Below, piece after piece: positions 27,810 through 41,218 of a stretch of DNA of 64,000 nt. How positions within the stretch are numbered: the first letter of the stretch is position 1; every line of letters starts with the position of its first letter. The DNA comes from Cirrosporium novae-zelandiae (lineage: Eukaryota), in the NCBI GenBank assembly GCA_026023565.1, contig JAPETS010000003.1, forward strand, positions 1,364,001 through 1,428,000, written 5' to 3'. A program made the translations under genes and the position numbers. A model generated the notes under the pieces. That model saw only the letters and a list, made by a program, of their open reading frames with translations, did not search any database and had not been told where the DNA came from.

Positions 27810-29127
27810 GACTATGAATCCCACCAATCCCACCAAAGTGTTGGGAATGTCTTATTTCGATATAGTGATGGTGAAGAAAGGAGATTTTATTTATCAGTTG
27901 CCTATTAATTGCTTAAGGAGAGACGTTGAATGATGAAGTACTGTGCAGATAGCAGAAGAACTGTACGTATAATTAGGGCCCCGTTCATTCGGCGGTTCGG
28001 TTGGGAACTCGAAATACATTCGGGACTTGTTCTGCGTGGGGGGGAAATCAGAAGTAAAAAAAGATAGGTTTGAAAGTAGAACAACCGTTTTTCTGCCGAG
28101 GCACCAGACTAATTAGTACTTCCCGCCGCTATCCCTAATCAAGATGTTATCATCACTTTTTCATTTTTCGAGTTACAACACCACACAAATCATTTTCAAT
28201 TATATATTAGGTTTTAAAGAGACTTTCAAATTAAATTATTATTGAAAACCAGAGGGTGAGTCGCCTGTTTGAATATGTATTGCGACTCACCTTCAGCCTC
28301 CGAAAAATCATTTTTGGGCAAAATTGTTATAGAACTGCTGTGTTATTGTCTTTTCTGTTAATTGTAATTACCATTAGAATTAATTTTAAATATAAGGCTT
28401 TTTTGCACAGTATATAACTAGTACCTCTTCCTCTGCAAATCTACTCAGTATCCTTTTTACATTACATTTTTAATCCCCAACATAAATAAGTAGGAAGACC
28501 CGAGTTTGTGAGTCCTGCTTATTTTGGGACCAGCGTGCAAGGCTAGTGTGGGGCAAAAAGCTGGTGCTTTGGCGTCAATCACTCCATCGGTCTTTGCTCA
28601 GTCGCAAAATTCAAGGTCACGTGTATATCACTTCGACTTTTCGCGTCTTCACTTCTCTACCATCCATCCTTTTCTATAATCCCGCTCGACAGTCTAGAGT
28701 CCAGTTGTCCATTTCTCGGCATCGACAGGTAATTCTTGCCAGCTCTCTCTTGATGCCCTTACCGAGGGAGTCTGCAAGATTTCCCTTGTCCTTGCGCGTC
28801 GTCATTCATTCTACAGGACCTTGACCTGGATTTAATCCAATCTACTACTCGTACGTTGTCCAACGCTTCGTTGCGTTTGGGCTTAGCTGATCTATAGATT
28901 GCGCTGCCCGAATCTATTGAGCGCGAACACATATAGAACGTGACTAGTGACTAGTGATAGGATAGGGCTGGTTTTTCCATCACATCGCCTACTGTATAAT
29001 CACTACTGCACATTTGAAAACAAACAAACCAAATCTTTTCGAGTTCAACCACAGCATTATCGGTGAAATAAATAAATCAACGCTACGGTCGCTTTTTCCA
29101 CCCCTCCCCACCTTCATCGATATCAAC

Positions 29128-29798
29128 ATGTTCTTCTTATATGAACTCGATCGAGTCATTACACTCCATCCATCCTTCTTCGGACCGCGCGTTAAAGAAT
29201 ACCTAGTCAGCCGCTTATTGGAGGATGTTGAAGGGACATGTACAGGGACATATTACATTATTTGTGTAATGGACGCATATGACATCTCGGAAGGGCGAGT
29301 GGTACCTGGTAGTGCAGTCGCAGAATACACAATCCATTATCGCGCAGTTGTATGGAGACCATTTAAGGGCGAGACGGTAAGACCAAGAGATGCTGAAGAT
29401 TTCCAACCGTCTAACATGTTAGGTCGATGCTATCGTAACTTCTGTCAATCGTATGGGCATCTTTGCAGATGTTGGACCACTTCCAATATTCGTCTCAAGT
29501 CATGTAAGGCTCTCCAACAACGGCCATAATTGTCTTTTCGCGTTTTTTTGACTGACCCTCAAAGCTTATCCCTTCCGAAATCAAATTCGATGCGAATGCC
29601 ACGCCTGCGCAGTATACGGATAACGGAGAACAAGTTATTGAAAAAGGAACACATTTGCGTGTGAAGATAATTGGTACGAGAAGCGATGTTGGTAGCATGT
29701 TTGCAATTGGCAGCATCAAAGAAGATTTCCTGGGGTACTTTCTTCGGCCTTGGACATGTTGAGCATTGCTAACAAAGTCTAGGACCTTGGACCAGTAG
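29128..29798 (+). CDS. RPB7: RNA polymerase II subunit RPB7
   Basis: MFFLYELDRVITLHPSFFGP...WRPFKGET|VDAIV...GPLPIFVSSH|LIPSEIKFDANATP...FAIGSIKEDFLG|TLDQ*. Three introns. Confidence 0.97.
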
Positions 29799-30759
29799 GC
29801 CCTCCTACTATTTATTATCGCGGCCTACAGGTGAATACTTTTCGACGACGGTCTAGATTGATATCTTGAAAGGATCCATGACTTATCCTACTAATTATCG
29901 ATTGGGCACAGTTGCGTCCTCGTCAAGATGCTTATATTCAAAGTCATCCACGACGGCCTTCAAGGCTATATAGATAAGTCCACATTATTGAGACATGATA
30001 TGATCTGGTGTGGCAGAGATATGCGCAACGGCATAAGAATAAAAATTTAAAGAATGGTTACTAGTCGCCAGCATTTGGGAAAAATGGAAGAATTGAGATT
30101 ATCTTTCATTTTGGATCAAGGCAGTAGAGATAGAAGTAAAGCTGCAATAAATTTATATTTTAAAACCCATTGAATCGGCATCAAAGTTAATTGGTGAATT
30201 GAATTTGGAAATTAATTTAAGACGCGTGTAGCCTAATGGTTATCTGCATTTCGCGTTGAAAGCTTATCGCGTGTGAAGCCCTACGTTAATAAATACACGG
30301 TAACTAGAGAAGAACCAAGAGGATCTTGAAATGCAAGCTATTAAAAAACGAAGCCGGTAAAAAATGATACAATGGGCTTGGGGTGGGGGGTTGTTGGCTG
30401 GGTACCAGAGGTAAACAAATGGTAGTTTACGTACCACAGTACCACAGTACCACAGTACTTCCTCCTTCCCTTGCTTCCTACCCAGGAAATCCAAGGGTCA
30501 ACACATTCAAGCTCAAGGCTAAAGTCCCTTTGGACCAGCGCGTTTCAGACATCCCAACCCCAAACTTAACTTCCTTCCTCTCTTCACAACAAACAAATAC
30601 TTTAATCTTCTTGGTCCTTTGTTATTAACCCCCTTCCCCTCCCCCCCTTCTTCTGATATTCAAGTGTTCCAGTATCCCAGTACCACTTCTATACAATCCC
30701 GGGTATATCCTCTCTGAACCGTTGAATCTTTAAAACTGAAGGCTTAGCCATCGCCAAAT

Positions 30760-32458
30760 ATGGCTCTTCAACGCCTCTACCAGACCTTTCTGTCCTCTCC
30801 ATCTGCTGATCTCCTGGCCGAAGATGCTGCCTTTCATTATGTGACAACATTGACTACCATCAACAAAGCTACTGCCATCGCAAAGCATCTCACTACTCAG
30901 AATACCCAAGTCCTAGAGAAGAAACAAGAGAAGATCTTAAACTGTATCGAGAGCCAGAATGCGCTTTGCTTGGAGACAGAAACCACTATTGAATTCCTCG
31001 CAGGTGGAGGTGCCTATTTACCAAACCTCGATGACAACTTTCTGACTGATCGCGTCGTTTCCTTTCCAATCGTAAGTTTACCCTGTGTGCTCTGCCAGAC
31101 ATGTTTTGGAATTACATTAACTCGTATCTTAGATCCACATCGTTCATTTCGACTCCGCGCGGAAGATCAAGCAGATCCGTCTTCATTGGGATCAGGGTTC
31201 CTTGTTGAAGCTTGTGGATGTCATCGGCTCCCGTGCAAAGAATTGGCCTATTCGACTTGGACATGACCAAGCTCGCCTCGTTGCATCTAGTGTGTCTCTT
31301 GTCGACAATGCCGTCCCGGCTGGGAATGGAGTACATACACAGAGTCGAAGCTCGTCACCAAGTAAGCGCAATAATGCTATGAATGATCCACACGCATCCC
31401 TTTCACTTTTTGAGACAAAGGATCATATTCTTGACCGGTCACAACCTGCCGTCATTGCGCCTCGCGCCTCTGCAAAACCGCCACCACGGGATTACCATGA
31501 TCTATTCGTTGGCGGCGATTCAAATCCGAAAGGACCAAGCAGACCAGAAGGCCCTTTCTCCCCCAAGAAAGGAGCTGGCAAAAATTTCCAACCTTCACGA
31601 CTGTTCGATGTAGATGATGCTGACTCTGAACGACAAGGTCCACTACCCGGAAGAGGAGGTCCTAAGAGAAATGATCATTTTGATATAGGTAATAATTCCG
31701 TCGAGGAACCTCGGTCGCCGCCCAAAAAATCCTCTAAAACTCAAACTAAACATGATTCCCAATGGAATTTCGAAGGATTTTCTACTCCTGACAAGGTACC
31801 CACCAAAATTCGAAGCCAAGATGTCCGCCACTTCGGCTGGAGCGAAGAAGATGCCGAAAACGCCAAGCCCCCTGCTGCGATCGCCCAACCCGGTCAACCT
31901 CGTCGAGACGCTGAAACCCATTTCGAATTCCAGGACGATGGTACTCCAGCTCCCGGGCGACGTCTTATTGCTCGACCGAAGACGGGAGCCACGCATAATG
32001 TTAATCTAGGTCTCTACAGAAACAATCTCTACGATGAAGACGAAGCGTCCAACGAGGGTGTCCCACCTGCAGACGCCAAGCCTTTGGGTAATGTTACCAA
32101 CAATGTCTCTCGCCGCAAAGACTTTGATGCCCATTACTCATTGGGAGATAACTCGCCTGATAACAACAAAACGTCGCTTAATGAAAACAATAAGCCTGTG
32201 GCAGATGATCGTAAAAAGGCAGTGAAGATGATGAACTCAACCTGGGATTCTTATGATAACTCGCCTGATGGCAACCGTAAAGAGAACATGAATACTCGTG
32301 CCATTTACAAGACCCACGGAGACGGGATGGGTGGCAAGAAGTCATCCACGAGGCATTGGGGGTTCGGTGATGACAGTGATGTTGAAGTGGATAAACCTGT
32401 TCCAGGGAGAAAGCAACAACAGAAGGCCCTTCAGAATCAGGATTTCTGGGATTTCTAA
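30760..32458 (+). CDS. N-terminal NTF2-like domain protein with disordered, repeat-bearing C-terminus
   Basis: GGGAYLPNLDDNFLTDRVVSFPI|IHIVHFDSARKIKQIRLHWDQGSLLKLVDVIGSRAKNWPIR, intron ~31072-31132, ends QDFWDF*. Confidence 0.82.
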
Positions 32459-33188
32459 TTTCCAAGTCCAATTGTCTATTCAGTGAAGTGAAGCAAGAGC
32501 ATTATATTGATGACGATCCTGTTGCGATTGGCAATGGGGTTTGTGGGCAGTGGTAATGGCATACTTTAAAATCAGTGGCTTTTTCTTCTTGGGATCGGAG
32601 TGGTTTAGAGCGAAGCGAAGATTGATTTGTATGATGTGTTAAAATGGAGTTGAAGTTATGAGGATGTTTTCTTTTTTTCTTTCTTTATTTCTTTCTACCC
32701 TGTGTTTCTACTCCCTCTTGATAACCCTCTTTACATTCTTGACTATGCTTTTTCGATGTACGAAGAACCTTAGAGAATGGCAGAGCAAGAAAATCCAGTG
32801 ATTTTGAGATTGTTTAATAAGACGGTCGCCACTGATTGAAGAGTTCCAGGGAGGAAATTAAATAAATTCTACCGGCTATTAATCTTTTCTCTTTCACTAC
32901 TTTTATTAAACTAGACTATATCTTTTAAATCCGCACAGTATGCATCCCGTGTCGCGTTATGGCGTGGACGCGTTGAACTATCTCTTCAACGACGTCATTG
33001 ACTCTTATGGTCAAGTATCAATAATACCTTTATCAATTCAACGCCCACATGCTTTTATTCACATATCTTCAAATCCTAAGTTTAATGGACCTACAGCGAC
33101 TACTTCACATAGTAATAGTACTCATACCATTTTCGCTAGACGTGTCACCTTTGTCGAGATACCATACGTGATAACTCTCACTCTTACC

Positions 33189-34208
33189 ATGGCTACTAAA
33201 AAGCGCACTCTCGATGGTTACTTCAAATCTTCTCAGGTGAAGGACTCGCCTGCCATACTGGTTGTTGCCAACGATAAACCTCAGAAACCATCCATAGCCT
33301 TCGAATCCACGCTTTCTTCGACACATTCAACATGTCCATTCCCTATCCCCCAGCTTCCATCATCTCTTAGCTCCAAGTTTTCCTCTCTACTTCCTCCAAA
33401 CGGAAAAAACATCACCGATGCCTACGCGTTAAATTGCCTTTCCTTCGCTCCTCTTTTCCCGCATTATCTAGCGCAAGAGTTGTTCACGTTTCTTCGAGAC
33501 GAGCTTCCCTTCTACAAAGTTCGTTATACAATCGCTCGTAGCGGCATCGACACAAGAGTTATCACTCCGCGGTACACCAGCGTCTTCGGTATCGATAGCA
33601 CATCTCTTTTCTCTCCTTCATCCCAAACCGTTATCTCAGCTCAGACATCAAAACCCTACAACTCCAAAGCGTACAAATGTTTTCCTAGGCCCATCCCGCA
33701 ATGCATGCTCCCCCTTCTAGACCTCATACAGCGCGCCACGAATGAAACATATAATTTCATCCTCATTAACTATTATGCCGATGGTAGGGACAGCATATCC
33801 TACCACAGCGACGATGAGCGCTTCCTTGGCCCTGATCCCACCATTGCGTCTCTATCACTAGGGGCGACGCGGGACTTCTACTTGAAGCGAAAACCCGAGC
33901 TCCTTCCTAAAGGTACAAAAGCCGATATTCATAAAATGCCGCTCGCAAGTGGGGATATGGTTCTCATGCGCGGGAAGACGCAGACAGAGTATCTGCATTC
34001 AATTCCGAAGCGGTCGACGAACTTGAAGGCTGGTTTGGAGAAGGAAACAGGAAGGATTAACGTTACGTTTCGTAAGGCTATTTCGAAGGGTGGAACAGAG
34101 AATTATTATCGGTACAATACCGGACGGGGAACAGAGAGTGAGGGAGAAATTTGGAAATGGGATGGACCACAAGGACAGATGGTGAGGTGGGAGAAAGACA
34201 GAAAGTAG
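33189..34208 (+). CDS. AlkB-family (ALKBH2/3-like) Fe(II)/2-oxoglutarate dioxygenase
   Basis: YNFILINYYADGRDSISYHSDDE (HxD), IASLSLGATRDF, YLHSIPKR (distal His), RINVTFR. The likely start is MATKKRTLDGYF (PIP-like). Confidence 0.92.
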   Translation: MATKKRTLDGYFKSSQVKDSPAILVVANDKPQKPSIAFESTLSSTHSTCPFPIPQLPSSLSSKFSSLLPPNGKNITDAYALNCLSFAPLFPHYLAQELFTFLRDELPFYKVRYTIARSGIDTRVITPRYTSVFGIDSTSLFSPSSQTVISAQTSKPYNSKAYKCFPRPIPQCMLPLLDLIQRATNETYNFILINYYADGRDSISYHSDDERFLGPDPTIASLSLGATRDFYLKRKPELLPKGTKADIHKMPLASGDMVLMRGKTQTEYLHSIPKRSTNLKAGLEKETGRINVTFRKAISKGGTENYYRYNTGRGTESEGEIWKWDGPQGQMVRWEKDRK

Positions 34209-34440
34209 CGCAGGAAGGCTGGTAATAATATAAATCCAGAGTTGGATGAATAGAGTATTTTACCATCTGCTGAGATTGTATCAAAAGGGAATCAATTATA
34301 TATTTGACTGGGCGATTTATGCAAGTGAAAATGATTAAATTTGGATCTACCATACTAAAACATTTGCAGACACAGACTGTCTACTCTACATAGGTTGAAA
34401 ATAACCTCCGCACAATAATCGAATATTCAAACATTCCAAC

Positions 34441-34749
34441 CTAATGTCTTCCACCGATCCCCAGCAATCTTTTCCACAAGCTGTTCTCTTCCCTAACCTC
34501 TCGCCTAAAGCGAGATGCGTCAATGAAAAGAACCTGTCAGACCTCCATCAACGCCCACCCTCGCCCATTGGCCGAAGCCAGACATGCGAAAGGGTCAAGA
34601 TCATCACCACTCCCTTCCTCTCCAGAAGGAGAGCATTCCCCATATAGAAGAACGGGGAGTATGTAGGCTTCACTCTAGGACGTCGAGGACATGTAGTCAT
34701 CAGCCAGGATGGGATCTGTGGCTCTTGTAAGGAGCTCAGAAGAGGACAT
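34441..34749 (-). pseudogene. 103-codon frame with internal TAG and TGA, preceded by a possible 5'-UTR intron
   Basis: MSSSELLTRATDPILADDYMSSTS*SEAYILP...ALMEV*QVLFIDASRFRREVREENSLWKRLLGIGGRH*. Stops at 34675-34677 and 34537-34539. Upstream GTACGT...CTAAT...TAG intron ~34772-34843. Confidence 0.35.
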
Positions 34750-37512
34750 TTACTATAGAATTGATTCTATGCTATGAGGACATTAGTATGAGAAAGTCTT
34801 TTATTGGTAGATGGAGAGAGAAATGTAGGGGTTAGAAACGTACAAGTAAAGTCGACTGAAGAATAGAAAAGGAAGAGAGAGAAGTTTTATAGAAACATTT
34901 GTGTGTGTTTACGCTAGAACCAATTGGGGTTAGGGGGTCATTCTGCAGATTTGGTTGGAAATATACGGCAGTCCGCTTGTTGCTTTTCATCCCTAGTCTC
35001 CAATTCCAGAGATCTCGGCTTTAAGTCTTTAATTAGATGAAAGAGGTTGATCGATCATGGATGTAATAGATGATGATTCTCTAAACCATTTATCCTGTTC
35101 TGTTGCAAACTCTTGATCTATGTAAGCTCGACAGGTAAGCTTGCAAGCACTATGTAATATGGTGCATTCTGTTATATTTCTCACGACGACTACTAGAGAG
35201 GAAAGACACTGTATTTTTTCTGCTGTTTCAACTTTAGGTGTTAGCTTTAAGAATTTCTAAACCTCTCAATGAATAAGTACGGATGCCTTTGTTTTACCTT
35301 CTGTGATATTCCATCCGCAATAGTCAAGCATCTCTTTGCTTGTTCATGTGATAATGCAGTCGTATACATGCAATTTTTCAATACATGTTCAACATTCATG
35401 TAGGTTATTACTGCTACCTACAAGACATAAGAGCTAAGCCTTTTTAATTTGGAGGTTTCAGAGGAGTTATTTCCACCAGAGCATAGATAACCTAGTCAGC
35501 CATTTAACAGCGCAAGCAGAGCCAGTCTCGAATTCTCGACCTTTATTACCACCACGAAGCAGAGCACTTGCCTTAAAATTCCCAGAATACTCTCTTACGG
35601 CTTGATTCTTGATATCTCCCGTCACCTCGTTTACGTGATGACTCTGGGCAGCATATGAGAACGTACCTACCTAGGTAGGTACATTATAGGTCATCTAGAC
35701 CATCAGCTTTGTTAGTTTGGTTGTTTTCTCTCTTATTCATTTTAACTTATTTCTATGTGTCCTGATTACGGACTGACTACCCAATCAAGAATCCGATACG
35801 GCCATTAAAATTCAGCTCTTGAGGTGTATGATTCATGTAGAACTGAGACAAAGTTGATCTGAGGGTCGCCCCCCAGGTTTATTTAAGACCCTTCTCCCCC
35901 CATCCCTCTTTCATTTTCTCCATCTTTCCTACAACTCACTCACAATCCTCTACTGTCTATTCTCTACCTCTTCCATCATCCGTATCCCTTTCGCAATATA
36001 CTAACGCTTGGATGCGGGCGTTATCTGCTTTCAGTCCCTTTTGTTTTTCAGGTTGCGGTTTTCGGATAATTTTCCTGCTCTGAGTTTTATATTTGCTATT
36101 TATTTTGCTATTTACACCAGTGACGAGTTCGTACCTCTACGTGGTACTGGTGATTGGTAGCGTTCGATTTCCCAACTTCTTGTATTTGTAAATGGCTTCT
36201 CTGTGCCTTTCTCCGCGCTTCCCGTGTGCCCTTTTTCACGCCTGCTTGTCCTTCATCGTGCCTATATCATGTTCGCTTCTTGTATTTACCTCCCACATAT
36301 AAACTATAATAAGTCCAAGCCTAAGCCGTAGTGCATTAGCTACAAGGCTGCATCTCTATTCAATGCTGATAACCAGTAGCGCTCCCTTTCTCTTCATCCC
36401 CTAAAATATCAAAGAAGAGAGGTGAAGCAAAAAACTGATCCTAAAGCTTTTTTATCAATAGAATTAATGAATAAATAAAATGGTATCTTTAGATGAGATA
36501 GCTTGATTACTTGGTCGATCAATAATGAACTAGTTGCCTACAGTCGTTTTTCGATATTTCTATCTTATGCCTAGTAAACAAATTTATCATCCACTCATTA
36601 ATTAGACTTAGTCTATGTAAAGGGAAAAGACAAAATATATAATTATTATTAGAAACAATCCATAACCACCTATCAACCTCTCTCTCTCTCTCTCCAAAAA
36701 ATGTTCCATCAATGATTTCCCATCCCGCTCGAACCGGCGGACTTTCGGCCCCTTCTCCAAACTCGCGCGAGAGAGAAGAAAAACGAAAAAAAAACCTTCG
36801 TTCCCATGATTGATTGATTGGATTTAGTGCGCCCCTACGTTTTGGTTTTGGCTAACCCACCCTCTATTCCTAATTTTAATTTCTATGTATTATTAGATAG
36901 CTATGCTAAGTATTTGCTAAGGGTTGGATGGTTGGATGGCACGTGGATGGGTTGGATCAAGGTTTTGATTGGTTGGTTTACGAGGGAGATACTACTAGTA
37001 GGTGATGAGGTAATTATTGTGGTTTGTGGTTTTTGATGTGGGGGAGAGGGGGGATTTGGATTAGACTACACTGTCATAGTGGGGAGATACCTCCCCCCTT
37101 GGGATGTAGTAAGATAGGATAGGATAGGATGGTCGTTGTGTGGTTTCTTTCATGCCTGTGTCCTACCTATTTTGTTCTAGAAGGCATTTCTGAATGAATG
37201 AATGGGTTTTGTTTTCGTTGGGGCTTATTGAGAGGGATTGGATTAGCTTGCGTCTTCTTCTGGGTTGATGGATGACTGATGTGATGAGGTTATATGCGGG
37301 AGGGATTATGTTCGTATATTGTGTGGTTGTTTGGGGGGGGGGATGTTTGGTAGTATAAGAAGAACGATGGTTCTTATTCTAGGCATCTATATGATTTTTC
37401 TTATAACTTACTTAGATAGTCTCGGTGGTTCCATATCTAACCCATCGCATTTTACCTACACCAAAGAACCTCCAAAACTTCACCATACACGAACCCATCA
37501 AAACTCCTGAAA

Positions 37513-38784
37513 ATGCTCCGCCTTAGCTCTGACCCCGCCTTCCACTTCGAGCTCCTCCGTGCTCTAGGCGCAGCTCGCTACTCTGGCTCCGACATCGCCG
37601 AGATCCTAGAAGCAGCCTCCCATATCATCCCCGGAGACTTCGAGTCTTGGTATTCCGCCTTCAGCTCCCTGGCCGACCGCGTCGTCGCTCAGGTGGCGTC
37701 CACCGATCCCGAGACCGATCCCATTTCTGTGCGCGATGCTATGTTCCGTGCGGCGACGTACTATCGGGATGCGGATTTCTATCTGCATGGGAAAAAGGAT
37801 GATGTGAGAATTGGGGAGCTATGGAAAAGGCAGACGGCATGTTTTGATAGGGCGATTGGGTTGTTGGAGGTTCCCGGGCAGAGGATTACGGTGAAGGCTG
37901 GCGGGTTTGAGATTCCGACTATATTCTATAGAGCCAAGGATGATAAAGAGCCAAGGCCGACTATCATTATGGGGAATGGGTTTGATGTGAGTTAGGGACT
38001 TTATAATTTTTTGGGGGTCTTGGGTTTTTTGTTGGTGCTAATGTGATTGTAGGGGGCCATGGAGGAAATGCTACATGTCTCTGGTTTTGCGGCCCTGGAA
38101 CGCGGATATAATGTGATTACGTATGAAGGTCCGGGTCAGCCAACAGTTGTGCGCGAGCAGGGTCTTGGATGGATTTCGGATTGGGAGCGCGTTGTGACTC
38201 CCGTGATAGATCACTATACAAGCTTTCCAGAGATTGAGAGCAGCAAAATCGCCTTGCTAGGGTATAGTCTAGGGGGATATTTGGCAGCGCGAGCGGCCGC
38301 ATTTGAACACAGACTAGCTGGTGTCATTCTTATTGACGGTGCCTATGATTTCTATGAGGCAGTTGCAAACATGATGCCACCAGCCGCCCTTCCGATTCTA
38401 GAGTCCGGGGATGAAGAAAAACTTTCTGCTCTTCTTGACGAAGTAAGGTCGAAAAGCACGACGATGCGATGGGCAACTGATCACGGACCTTGGTCATTCA
38501 ATGTTTCTTCTTATAACGATTTTCTGTCTGGTCTTAAGGGAATGAGTATGAAAGCTGGATTGGCAAAGAAGGTTGAATGTCCTGTTTGGACTGGGGATGC
38601 GGAGGAAGACTTGTTCTTCAAAGGACAGGCAAAACAGCTATATGATGAGCTTGAAGGAGACAAGACATATATTATGATGACGACAGAGGAGGGAGCCGCG
38701 GAGCATTGCCATGTGGGAGCTGGTGTACGAATGAATCAGTTATGCATGGGATGGTTTCGGGAGAAGGTGGTGGATAAGAAATAA
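37513..38784 (+). CDS. Alpha/beta hydrolase (2,6-dihydroxypseudooxynicotine hydrolase/PsoB-like)
   Basis: RAATYYRDADFYLH, GNGFD|GAMEE (intron 37987-38052), YEGPGQ, nucleophile elbow GYSLGG, catalytic His in EEGAAEHCHVG. Confidence 0.9.
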
Positions 38785-39145
38785 AAGTGGTGATAGTAGA
38801 TAAGGTAGAGAAGACAGAACATGTTATGGGTTGGAATCAATGTTGTGAATAATTTACAAATACAATATAAATGTGCTCTTATTGACTGTATAGATTGAGA
38901 CTTGAAGATGGATGAAATCACCGACATAAACTTGATGCAGCTAATCATACAGGGTACAGTACAGTACAATACCGTATAGTAACATAGGGTTTCGCCCTAC
39001 CATTAGACGGAGGCCCCCGAAGAGACTGCTGATGTGCAGTGCTGAGTTGAGCTTCAGAAATTTCGAAAGCTCTTGACTTCTAAATTATTCTAGGCCTTCA
39101 ATTATTTAATCTCCTCTCAAAAATTGACAATATTTATAGATAAAA

Positions 39146-41218
39146 ATGGCGAAAAGAAAGGCCGAGACAACTTCTGCTACCCCTCGTTCGCTTTCTCCGA
39201 CAAAAAAGCGCAATATTTCCAACGGTGACGCCAAGTCCCGCTTTCGAGACGGTCTGTTCGACGATCAAGTCCTCCAGAAATACAAAGCTGCTTTTGAGAC
39301 TTCTTCGCCGTGAGTTTCTCAATTGGATTTTGCAATTGATAAAATATGATACTAATAAGTTTCTAGGTACAAGCATGCCGTGATTTCCGGGCTCGTTGAG
39401 CCTTCTCTTCTCCGCTCAGTCCGCAATGAAATCCTCGAAAACATTTCCTTCACACCCAAGGAAACAGACATCTACAAGATTCACCAATCTGGGGACCTAG
39501 CAAACCTTGATGGCCTTGATGACTCCTCTCTATCTCATTTACCATCTCTACTCAAGCTTCGAGATGCGATATACTCACAAGAATTTCGTAACTATCTTTC
39601 CAGCATCTCTGGATGCGGTCCCCTCTCGGGAAAGAAGAAGGATTTAGCTATCAATACATATCTACCTGGCTGCCATCTTCTCTGCCACGATGATGTTATT
39701 GGGAGCAGAAGGGTGAGCTATATTCTTTACCTAACAGATCCTGACAAGCCTTGGAAACCAGAATGGGGTGGCGCATTGCGATTATACCCTACGAAAACAG
39801 TGACCGATGAAAATGGGAAAGAGATAATAATACCCCAGCCAGATGTCGTACTATCACATCCTCCAGCATTTAACCAACTAAGCTTCTTCACTGTCCAACC
39901 GGGCCTCAGTTTCCATGACGTCGAGGAAGTCTACGTTCGCGACGAAAATGAGAATGAAGATGATGATGGGCGGATAAGAATGGCCATTAGCGGCTGGTTT
40001 CACATCCCCCAGAAAGGCGAAGATGGCTATATCGAAGGACTGGAGGAAGAGTGGGTTGCAACCAGTGGGCTTGGACAGCTCCAAGCCAAAACTGGGAAAT
40101 TCGACAAACCACAGCCGCAAATCCAGGTATACGGCACATCAAAAAATAATAATGGAAAAGCAGAAGAGGTAGGTAGCAAGGGTAAAGGAAAAGCCGTAGT
40201 ATCCACCGAGAAAGAATCCGAGGAGTCTACCCCTCTTACGGACAAAGATTTTGATTTCCTCCTTCAATATATCGCACCCTCATATCTAACCCCCGACATC
40301 GCCGAAGAGCTGGAAGAAAATTTCGAAAACGACTCCTCCCTCCGTCTTGACGAGTTTCTCTCTCCTAAATTTACTAAAAAACTTCACGAGTACATTGAAA
40401 AGCAAGACTCCCAGCAGCTCCCCGACAACACCACCAAGGTCGAAAAGGAAACAGAATGGAGCGTCGCCCTTCCACCCCATAAACAAAAATACCTCTACCA
40501 GCAACCTCGAATGACCGGGACCACGGATTCCAAACGAACCAAAACTCCCCTCCAAGAAATCATAGAAAACTTACTCCCCTCTGCTCCGTTTAGGAAATGG
40601 CTTTCGCTTGTGACCGGTGGACCGGCCATCACGAGCAGTAATGTGCTCGCGAGGCGGTTTAGGAGAGGGATTGATTATACGCTTGCAACCGGACTGGATG
40701 ACTGTGATGATAGATTAGAGATTACGTTAGGTATCACGCCAAGCCCCGGATGGGAAGAAGAAGGCGAAGACGAAGACGACACGGACGAGGAAAAAGAAGA
40801 CGTTGAAATGAACGATGCAGACAGTTCTACCAAACTTAAAGAGAAAGAGAACAGCAAACACAAAGAAAACGGCACCTCCTCAAGCAGCAAAGCCAACCCC
40901 AACCCCCCCAAAGCCTCCAACAACAACGACAAAGACAACGACACCGCATCCATCGCCTCTGTCTCAGCCGCCGGTGTCGGCGGCTACGAAGTCTACATGT
41001 CCGGCGAAGACGACTCCGCATCCGTGAAGGACGACCCGGCCGTCTACAACGCGGCCGACGACGACGGCGTGCTGTTTAGTATGGCTGCCGGTTGGAACCG
41101 ACTCAGCATCGTGCTGAGGGATAAGGGAACGCTTAAGTTTGTCAAGTATGTTAGTAGGACTGCGAGGGGGGATCGGTGGGATGTTAGTGGGGAGTATGGG
41201 GTTAGGTGGGAGGAGTGA
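39146..41218 (+). CDS. TPA1: Prolyl 3,4-dihydroxylase Tpa1/Ofd1 (uS12 hydroxylase)
   Basis: MAKRKAE...SSP|YKHAVI (intron 39310-39366), KETDIYKIHQSGDLANLDG, LLCHDDVIGSRRVSYILYL, FHDVEEV, RMAISGWFH, C-terminal VLRDKGTLKFVKYVS. Confidence 0.96.

Noticed and set aside
32940..33188. 83-aa N-terminal extension of the AlkB ORF
   Set aside because: It overlaps promoter-like sequence (ACGCGT 32968-32973). The ATG at 33189 has a good ACCATGG context and begins the plausible protein.
35663..35682. Perfect palindrome GTACCTACCTAGGTAGGTAC
   Set aside because: It is a junction of inverted TACC/GGTA simple repeats common in fungal intergenic DNA, with no associated element.
34900..37400. snoRNA or tRNA genes in the gene-free gap
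   Set aside because: Only isolated box C-like motifs, with no properly placed D box, terminal stem or cloverleaf. An Infernal/Rfam search would be needed.
38986..39000. Hairpin TAGGGTTTCGCCCTA, with its core reverse complement GGGCGAAACCC at ~61306-61316, as a Helitron or MITE end
   Set aside because: Only 11 bp are shared, with no target-site duplication, terminal CTAG or flanking homology.
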